Shown: positions 13,216-19,528 of the stretch, piece after piece | Numbering within the stretch: the stretch's first letter is position 1 | Layout of the letters: each line of letters starts with the position of its first letter | Assembly: GCA_048885865.1 (NCBI GenBank) | Contig: JBHLLF010000048.1 | Location: 1 to 19,528, forward strand | Direction of reading: 5' to 3' | DNA: 19,528 nucleotides | Source of the DNA: Candidatus Hermodarchaeota archaeon | Lineage (GTDB): Archaea; Asgardarchaeota; Thorarchaeia; Thorarchaeales; Thorarchaeaceae | Notes under the pieces: model-generated | Seen by the model: only the letters and a program-made list of their open reading frames with translations | Told to the model about the DNA's origin: nothing | The model's database searches: none | Program-made: the position numbers and the translations under genes

Positions 13216-16071
13216 GTGTATCTGCTCTCTCGCCTCGTATCACAAGCACCTGAATTTTTGGTCACCCTCCTGGTGTTCTCTCTATCGACAGGAGTTGTTG
13301 GCGGCATTGTGTTCTATTTGGACAGCTCAGGACCTGATGTTATTTCGGAGATGTCTGAAGAGATATTCGTCGATATGGAAATAGTATGCCATTCATCATT
13401 TTACCTGCAAAGTGAGGCAACTGTGGAAGACTTTCAAAACCTCGCCGTTGGACAAGAAGCAGTAGAAAGTGCGTCAAGCCTGTCTGTTATTCGGTCTTAT
13501 GACCAGAATATTAGTGATCCAAACTACCGACAAAGCGTCATACTTGGCGCTAGTATTGGATTCCTGTCGAGCTTCAAGGATGCGATTGAGATCGCTGGAG
13601 GTCACGATACACTCAATGATTCAAACTGCTACATATCCCAGAGAATGTTTCTAGAGCAAGGCTGGGAAATCGGAGACAACTACACCCTATCAATCCCTCT
13701 ATACGATGACCTTGGAAACCTAACAAGAGTCGAACATTCCCTAATTATCACTGGCGTCTTTGACTCCCCCCTCTTTCAATACCGCGCAACACCTAGTGCA
13801 AGATCCTACTCTATTCTTGGTGTCATAGCAACAAGAGATGCGCTTTGGAATGCATTTTCTGAACTCCCACACGAGGGTTTAAACAGCATTCAAGATCGGA
13901 TATGGGTTAGATTCGATAAGACATCCCTTTCTCGCAATGATCCGAAATCTCTGGTTTCAGAATTGTCTAACATTGAGAAGAGAATTGAGCAGAGAATCTT
14001 GCCAATTGCATCAGTCAGTAGCTACGCGATTATAGATGTCATTAGCGAATATTCTTCATGGGCTACCAGTATGAGGGTGATTGCCCTGTCTTTTGCCATT
14101 CCTAGTGTGATCATGGGCTTAATGCTTGTTTACTATAATGAACAGATTCTTGCAGATCAGCGAAGGAAGAATGTTGGAACCTTGAAGACGCGTGGAGCTA
14201 GTGGGAGACAAGCCTTCTCTTGGGTTTTGAGTTTGATCTTGACTACAGGTATTATTGGAAGTGTTGGTGCCTTAGCCACTGGTGCAGTTTCTGCACTCCT
14301 ATCTGGATCAATACGAGAGTTTATGGTGTTTGATATTTCTCAGCTCTCGAGCTACCAGCTTGCACCGCTTCCAATTTCGATAATATCGCTATTCCTGTAT
14401 TCCTTTGTTGTTGGACTTGCTGTGGGAGTACCATCAGCGATTGGGGCTTTGCTGATGACTCCAGTAGAGGCCCATGGGCAGCTAGATAGGAACGTACTCC
14501 TTGAAGTGGAAAAAATGACAAGTCCTTTGGTTCTGATTGCAGGCGTGAGCCTCTCAGGACTTCTATTGATCCCCATTCTGGGGATTCTTCAGTCAGCAGC
14601 TCTCAATGCATTGAGCTCAATGCTTTTCGCACTAACACTAATAATTCTCCTCACAATATTCGTTGCTGGATTAAGCATGCTTCTTTCACGCCCTGCCGCC
14701 GCCCTGAAGTCGAGAGTCATGTCCCAGATTCAACACCAATCAGTCGCAATCGGAGCAAGAATCCTTGGCAGAACTGGAAGGGCCTTTAAGAAGTCAGAAA
14801 CCTACTCCCTCATGTTCATCGGACTTGTCTTCACCGCTAGTATCTTCTCCGCACTGGCGGCAACGACGGGCAGCTCGCATATGAAAGAGCTCTTTCAATT
14901 CCAGACTGGTGCAGACATCGTGGCAGTAGTTAATCCGAATCAAGCCAATGTCACAATGAATCTTGTAGACAACATCACACGAATAGATGGAGTATCCAAC
15001 GCAGCAGCAATGCTTAGTATAACTACTTCTGCTCAGTTTTGGCTTGATTGGTATGGAAATGTCTGGCAAACAAATCGAACAGTGACAGTATATGGAGTGC
15101 AACTGGACAATTGGATGTTTTCCGCTTTCATATTGCCATACTCAACATTCTACGAAACGCCTGAGAACGCATATGCCATGATTAAGGGCGATTCGAGCAA
15201 AGTCCTTGGGTCTTTTAAGCCCATCATTGATTATGAAACTGGGCCTTTTGGAGAAAGAATACCCGTCTATGATGACTTCGTGACCATAAAACTGCCCAGC
15301 ATTGATGAAAATCATTATGTGAATTGTAGCATTGTGGATGTCATTGCTAGTGGTCCTGGAGGTTATAGACCGTCCACTTATGGATATACGAACTTCGATG
15401 AGGAAACATACTTTCCGGGAGAAAGAGGGGGACACGCATTCTTTGTTATGGACATTGAAGAAATGCACAGCATCACAGGCTCTCAGAAAGTAAGCAAATT
15501 CTACATCAGTCTAGGTAAAGGAGCCAATTATTCCAGAATAATAGAGGAGATATCTGAGATAGCACCTTCTAGCTTCACTGATATAGAAACGCCATACCAT
15601 GATATCGATTTAATCCTGGATTCAAGGGCGGGACAATCTATCTATGGCGCATATACGCTGAATGTAGTCTTCTCCATTCTGTACTTGACGGCAGGAGTTA
15701 CATTAGTCATCACAGTGAAGATTAGAACCCTCAGGAAACACTTCTCTCTATTGAGAGCTCTCGGGACTGAGCCAAGTTCAATAGAAAAAGCAGTCCTTCT
15801 AGATAGCCTCTTTGGGACTTGTCTGGGGCTGATATCTGGTATTGTTGTTGGCGTCTTGGTTACAGGCATCATGCTGCAAATGCCAGTGATGTATCTAGGG
15901 CTTTCATCGGGTGTTTCTTGGGGCCTGCTTCCACTAACTCTTACAATCCCCTATGACTTCCTTTTGATAATAATTGGAACGGCTCTCGTCTTCTCCATTC
16001 TGGCGACTCGAGCCGTTATCCGTAGAGCGTTGGCTATCGAAATTGCTGATGACCTGAAACTCGCTGAATAA
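13216..16071 (+). CDS. Type VII ABC permease, paralog of 6389..9205 - permease B2
   Basis: Shares 'GG(I)..FY.DS.GP', 'RRK.VGTLKTRGASG.QAF.W', 'ALLMTP.EAH' and 'SRAGQSIYGAYTLNVVF' with permease B1. GTG start directly after the upstream TAG. Confidence 0.92.
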   Translation: MYLLSRLVSQAPEFLVTLLVFSLSTGVVGGIVFYLDSSGPDVISEMSEEIFVDMEIVCHSSFYLQSEATVEDFQNLAVGQEAVESASSLSVIRSYDQNISDPNYRQSVILGASIGFLSSFKDAIEIAGGHDTLNDSNCYISQRMFLEQGWEIGDNYTLSIPLYDDLGNLTRVEHSLIITGVFDSPLFQYRATPSARSYSILGVIATRDALWNAFSELPHEGLNSIQDRIWVRFDKTSLSRNDPKSLVSELSNIEKRIEQRILPIASVSSYAIIDVISEYSSWATSMRVIALSFAIPSVIMGLMLVYYNEQILADQRRKNVGTLKTRGASGRQAFSWVLSLILTTGIIGSVGALATGAVSALLSGSIREFMVFDISQLSSYQLAPLPISIISLFLYSFVVGLAVGVPSAIGALLMTPVEAHGQLDRNVLLEVEKMTSPLVLIAGVSLSGLLLIPILGILQSAALNALSSMLFALTLIILLTIFVAGLSMLLSRPAAALKSRVMSQIQHQSVAIGARILGRTGRAFKKSETYSLMFIGLVFTASIFSALAATTGSSHMKELFQFQTGADIVAVVNPNQANVTMNLVDNITRIDGVSNAAAMLSITTSAQFWLDWYGNVWQTNRTVTVYGVQLDNWMFSAFILPYSTFYETPENAYAMIKGDSSKVLGSFKPIIDYETGPFGERIPVYDDFVTIKLPSIDENHYVNCSIVDVIASGPGGYRPSTYGYTNFDEETYFPGERGGHAFFVMDIEEMHSITGSQKVSKFYISLGKGANYSRIIEEISEIAPSSFTDIETPYHDIDLILDSRAGQSIYGAYTLNVVFSILYLTAGVTLVITVKIRTLRKHFSLLRALGTEPSSIEKAVLLDSLFGTCLGLISGIVVGVLVTGIMLQMPVMYLGLSSGVSWGLLPLTLTIPYDFLLIIIGTALVFSILATRAVIRRALAIEIADDLKLAE

Positions 16072-16077
16072 CGAGCA

Positions 16078-17373
16078 TTAGGGGTATATCCTGCTGACAG
16101 TTCTTGGGAATGGAATGCAATCTCGAATATGCTCAAGATCAAGCATCCAGGTCATTAATCTATCAACTCCAACTCCAAAGCCCGAGTGCGGTACACTCCC
16201 ATATTTGCGAATTTCGAGATACCACTCATACTTTTTCGGGTCATCACCAATTCTGTTGAGGTTGTCAATGATACGTTGATAGTCGGTTTCTCGTTCACTG
16301 CCACCTATCATTTCTCCGAAGCCACCAGGAGCAAGTAAATCGTTGTTCTTGTAAGTCCGGGGGTCATCCTCGTTGTGCTTCATATAGAAGGACTTGATCT
16401 CTTTCGGATAGAACTCGATAAAGAGGAATTTCTCTCGGTCATCAGTGAGAATGTGCTCAGCCTCAGTTCGGATGTCCTGACCCCACTCGATGTCGAGGCC
16501 AGCCTTTTGACAGAGTTCGATAGCCTCGTCATAGGTCATCCTGTCAAATGGAGGTTTGACACTGTAAAGTCTCTCTGGGTCAACATCGATTTCCTTAAGC
16601 TCTGGTTTCCTGTTGTCAGCTACAGAGTGGCACATCGCGCTGATGAGACCCTCTTGCCGTTTCAGGTTACATTCATGGTCACACCAGGCTTCCTCGACCT
16701 CTAAGTGCCAGAACTCAGTGAGGTGTTTCCTGGTCCTCGACTTCTCAGCTCTGAAGGATGGAGCTAGGATAAACACCTTTTCCATCGCAAACAGCTGGGG
16801 CTCTAGGTGCATCTGACTTGTTTGAGTCAGATAGACTTTCTTTCCGAAGTACTCTACTTCGAAGAGCTCTGCTCCTTCCTCGCCCATAGTTGAAACAAAC
16901 ATGGGAGAAGTGGTTTCATAGAACCCTTCACTTCTGAGATAGGCCCTAGCACTTCTGAACACTTCATCTCGAATCTTCAATACGCTTGTTAGTTTGCGGG
17001 ACCTCATCCATAGGTGACGATTATCATTCAAGAATTCAGTACTCTGGTGTTCCGTGATTGGAAACTCCTCAGCGAAGTGCAAGACATCAAACTTCTCGAC
17101 TTGCACTTCATATCCTCCCTCAGCACGGTCGTCTGCTTGAACGACACCGACCATTGTGACGAGAGATTCTATTAGCATCTTCTCGGCGTCAGCATATTCC
17201 GCATCGCTAACTACTGCTTTCTTTATCACTGCCTGAACGACACCTGAAGGATCACGCAGCAGGGCAAAGACCATCTTCTTCTGCTTTCGGATTCGGTGAA
17301 CCCAGCCTCGAAGCTTGACCTTTTCTCCTTCATGCTTTCCTTCAAGCACGTCACCTATGTGGATGTACGTCAT
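16078..17373 (-). CDS. asnS: Asparagine--tRNA ligase (class IIb, archaeal type)
   Basis: N-terminal OB fold (LRGWVHRIR...FALLRD.SG.VQ), motif 2 SFRAEKSRTRKHLTEFWHLEVE, EMIGGSERE, motif 3 YGSVPHSGFGVGVDRL. Q..LE (SQMHLE) rather than the AspRS-type QLYKQ. GGTGA SD-like motif just before the ATG. Confidence 0.93.
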   Translation of the reverse strand: MTYIHIGDVLEGKHEGEKVKLRGWVHRIRKQKKMVFALLRDPSGVVQAVIKKAVVSDAEYADAEKMLIESLVTMVGVVQADDRAEGGYEVQVEKFDVLHFAEEFPITEHQSTEFLNDNRHLWMRSRKLTSVLKIRDEVFRSARAYLRSEGFYETTSPMFVSTMGEEGAELFEVEYFGKKVYLTQTSQMHLEPQLFAMEKVFILAPSFRAEKSRTRKHLTEFWHLEVEEAWCDHECNLKRQEGLISAMCHSVADNRKPELKEIDVDPERLYSVKPPFDRMTYDEAIELCQKAGLDIEWGQDIRTEAEHILTDDREKFLFIEFYPKEIKSFYMKHNEDDPRTYKNNDLLAPGGFGEMIGGSERETDYQRIIDNLNRIGDDPKKYEWYLEIRKYGSVPHSGFGVGVDRLMTWMLDLEHIRDCIPFPRTVSRIYP

Positions 17374-17377
17374 CTAA

Positions 17378-17445
17378 TCACCAAAGTCGCGATAGGCTGA
17401 GCATCTCGCCCAGCTATTCCTCGTCAGAGTTCGAATAGATAAAAG
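17378..17445 (-). promoter_or_regulatory. asnS promoter/leader: TATA-like CTTTTAT, leader hairpin and GGTGA ribosome-binding site
   Basis: Minus strand: CTTTTAT at 17445-17439; ATAGCTGGGC-GAGAT-GCTCAGCCTAT stem-loop at 17417-17392; GGTGA at 17382-17378. Confidence 0.45.
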
Positions 17446-17446
17446 C

Positions 17447-17471
17447 ATGACGGCCTTCAGAAGGCTGTCAT
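17447..17471 (-). terminator. Hairpin just after the surface-protein stop codon (putative terminator or operator)
   Basis: ATGACGGCCTT-cag-AAGGCTGTCAT has 11-bp arms with one mismatch. It sits 6 nt past the stop and is followed on the minus strand by GCTTTTAT. Confidence 0.45.
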
Positions 17472-17477
17472 TACTTT

Positions 17478-19412
17478 CTAGCGGTATCTAACATACCACA
17501 CTACTATACCAATTGCAGTAATAACTAGCGTACCTATAGCCGCGGCTGTTAGATAGTACAATGCATCAGAAATGCTGACACTGACTGTAACAGTGCTGCT
17601 GGCAGAGTTACCACCAAGATCGTAGACGGTAAGTGTTACCTCGTGGACCCCAGCCGATAATCCTGCAAAGTCGAACTCTATAGTTTCAGACTCCCAATCC
17701 TCAGATACATAGACGATTCCATCAATCGCTATTGTGTACGTCGACTTGAAATTATCCGTCGCTGTCCAGTTCCGGATAATGTTTCTAGCTCCCTGGGCGT
17801 ATGCCAGATCGGGAGGTGTGTATGTGATTAGTGGGTCGATATCGTCGCGGTTCACAGTCACGGTGGCATCATCAGTTGCATTATTACCGCTCGTGTCATT
17901 CACAAACAAATGAAATACATACACTCCAATAGCGAGATTGTCAAGTCCATAGGTGACAAATGGATTGTCTGGGTCTAAAACACCGCTCGCTACCTCTGTC
18001 CCGTCACGAGTAAGAACGTACATGTTCATGAATTCGTCAGTTACATTCCAAGTAAGCGAGAATCCTGTTTCTGAGAAATAGAACTCGACATCTTCAGGAC
18101 CTTCGATTGTTGGGGTGATGTTCTCATACACTCCGAAATTCACGATGTCATTCATGCTATTGCCGTTCTCATCAAATGCCTCCAGTAGGATCTCATATTC
18201 ACCGATAACGAAATCGGGAAAAGCTTCGGAAACATTGAATGTGAAGTCAAAGGAAGTCATGTTCCAATTCTCTCTTATGCTCTCGTCTCCATCAAAGTAA
18301 ACTACTATCTCATCAGGGAATTCATCCTCGAGATGCCATGCTAAAGTGACATTTGTAGCATTGACCAAGACTCGAACATCTTCGGGGCCAATAACGATAG
18401 GTTCTCGAATATCGAAAGACACCGTAGTAAGATTATACCAATAATCTCCAGCCTCGATTGGTGCCCCTCCAAATGTTATACTCACGTTGATGAAGGCCAC
18501 AGGTAGGTCGACGATGAGGACTGTCCCGTTGACAGGAGTAGTTTGTTCATCAATCACAGTACCGTTGTGATATGTCACGTTTACAAGCACTCCCACAATG
18601 GGAGCGAGGCTGGTTTCGTAATAGGCGCTTATCTCCAAGTCATAGAAATGCTCATCGCCAGTAATCTGGTCCAATCTTTTATCCGTGAGAAGTTGAGTGC
18701 CATTGCTGAGGAAATCCTGCTGAGTAATGGCATATCCTAGATAATCCCCAAATGGCACAACAACCTGCCAAGTATACTCTCCAAGTGGAATGTCCCAGAA
18801 TGCAACAGATCCATTCGCAGGGAGTGTCTGCTCCAAATACACCAAACCGCTTGTTTTATTCAAAATGGTGAAATTAAGCCCCTCAGCCGGATTTCCGGCT
18901 AGGTTGTAGACAGTTGCACTCAGGTCATCGTCATCATTTTCCCAATCAACATTTCCAATGGACACGTCAGCTGTGGCATCAGGCCCATCGGATACCAAGA
19001 TGCCAGTTTGGTAGAGCTGAGGATCATAGCCACCCAGAGCGCCTTCTAGAGTCACGTTCCAGACATAAGTTTCCATAGGCACATTGATGAATTTCGCTGT
19101 GCCATCAGCTGGAGATGTGAATTGATATCTATAGAGACTGGCATTTCCCGCAAAGTAGAGAGTCACAGTCGCATTGCCGATGATCTGCGTTTCAGTTGTA
19201 TTGTATACAAGAAATGAGAAGTCGTCATCATTGTACGCATTGAGGTTATTGTAGACCTCATATTCAACTTGCAGATTTGTTGCAGCCACCTCATGAGATG
19301 TTTGCTTCATTGCAACTATCATGATGGGGCTCTGTGCAAGTATTGGCGTCATTGCGCCAGCTGTAACAACGAGCACCAAGAAGAGTGCGAATGTTCGTCG
19401 TGCTAGGCTCAT
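17478..19412 (-). CDS. Secreted, C-terminally membrane-anchored cell-surface glycoprotein with six beta-sandwich (Ig-like/prealbumin-like) repeats
   Basis: Signal peptide (MSLARRTFALFLVLVVTAGA). Three carboxypeptidase-regulatory/CnaB-like repeats, then three 'P.I.GP.D...W...D...DG...G.Y...L...D..GN...V' repeats. C-terminal TM helix plus RYR. About 20 N-x-S/T sequons. ATG at 19412 (the ORF track starts at the adjacent TTG, 19415). Confidence 0.88.
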   Translation of the reverse strand: MSLARRTFALFLVLVVTAGAMTPILAQSPIMIVAMKQTSHEVAATNLQVEYEVYNNLNAYNDDDFSFLVYNTTETQIIGNATVTLYFAGNASLYRYQFTSPADGTAKFINVPMETYVWNVTLEGALGGYDPQLYQTGILVSDGPDATADVSIGNVDWENDDDDLSATVYNLAGNPAEGLNFTILNKTSGLVYLEQTLPANGSVAFWDIPLGEYTWQVVVPFGDYLGYAITQQDFLSNGTQLLTDKRLDQITGDEHFYDLEISAYYETSLAPIVGVLVNVTYHNGTVIDEQTTPVNGTVLIVDLPVAFINVSITFGGAPIEAGDYWYNLTTVSFDIREPIVIGPEDVRVLVNATNVTLAWHLEDEFPDEIVVYFDGDESIRENWNMTSFDFTFNVSEAFPDFVIGEYEILLEAFDENGNSMNDIVNFGVYENITPTIEGPEDVEFYFSETGFSLTWNVTDEFMNMYVLTRDGTEVASGVLDPDNPFVTYGLDNLAIGVYVFHLFVNDTSGNNATDDATVTVNRDDIDPLITYTPPDLAYAQGARNIIRNWTATDNFKSTYTIAIDGIVYVSEDWESETIEFDFAGLSAGVHEVTLTVYDLGGNSASSTVTVSVSISDALYYLTAAAIGTLVITAIGIVVWYVRYR

Positions 19413-19490
19413 CAAATGTCACTCTCTAGAAACCTGAGATGATGTATCATATGCCATCTCATCAGTTGGCGGCGTCAGACCTTCAGGGTG

Positions 19491-19505
19491 AATAAAAGGG
19501 TTTTC
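19491..19505 (-). promoter_or_regulatory. BRE + TATA-like archaeal promoter of the surface-protein gene
   Basis: Minus strand GAAAA-CCC-TTTTATT: a purine-rich BRE-like run just before a TATA-like box, about 80 nt upstream of the start codon. Confidence 0.55.
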
Positions 19506-19528
19506 ATAGTCAAGCAAAGGAACTACTC

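Noticed and set aside
3564-16071. Diversity-generating retroelement or recent DNA-level duplication behind the permease variation
   Set aside because: No reverse transcriptase and no near-identical template/variable repeat pair were seen. The paralogs differ throughout, including at synonymous sites.
17447-17471. ATGA-N10-AA pattern resembling a eukaryote-like (Asgard) SECIS element
   Set aside because: The ATGA pairs canonically with TCAT instead of forming a GA/GA quartet, and no selenoprotein with an in-frame TGA is evident nearby.
192-18740. Many short alternative-frame and antisense ORFs in the track (e.g. 192..593, 2348..2608, 6623..7069, 7300..7743, 16375..16704)
   Set aside because: They lie within or largely overlap well-supported genes, show no recognisable motifs and look like shadow ORFs.
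19430-19467. CTGATGAG on the minus strand followed by a stem, resembling a hammerhead ribozyme core
   Set aside because: No GAAA follows the putative stem II (it reads TCAG) and no stem I or III is evident. The CTGATGAG near 16640 fails the same way.
1-19528. CRISPR arrays, tRNA/rRNA genes, transposases or integrases
   Set aside because: No regularly spaced direct repeats, cloverleaf motifs or recombinase ORFs were seen, and the intergenic gaps are short (283 nt at most).

Overview
Gene-dense archaeal window, probably from an Asgard archaeon (Thorarchaeota-like). This is an inference from a Rab-like G domain, archaeal BRE/TATA-like promoters, an archaeal-type AsnRS and Thorarchaeota-style Ig-like surface repeats. 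In order, it holds: (i) a 5'-truncated protein with a long acidic, Pro-rich linker ending in a Rab-like GTPase domain whose G1, G2 and G3 motifs are degenerate (candidate pseudoGTPase); (ii) a small double zinc-finger protein (C4 plus C2H2); (iii) a 4-TM hypothetical protein; (iv) a ~13 kb type VII (MacB/LolCDE/FtsX-family) ABC locus with two different ATPases (one fused to an AbrB/MraZ-like domain), a 2-TM microprotein and four ~930-aa permeases, each with two extracellular domains, arranged as two paralogous A-B pairs; (v) asparaginyl-tRNA synthetase; (vi) a membrane-anchored, sequon-rich surface protein with 3+3 beta-sandwich repeats. I saw no RNA genes, CRISPR arrays or mobile elements. 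The best candidates for undescribed biology are the modular ABC locus and the pseudo-Rab protein.
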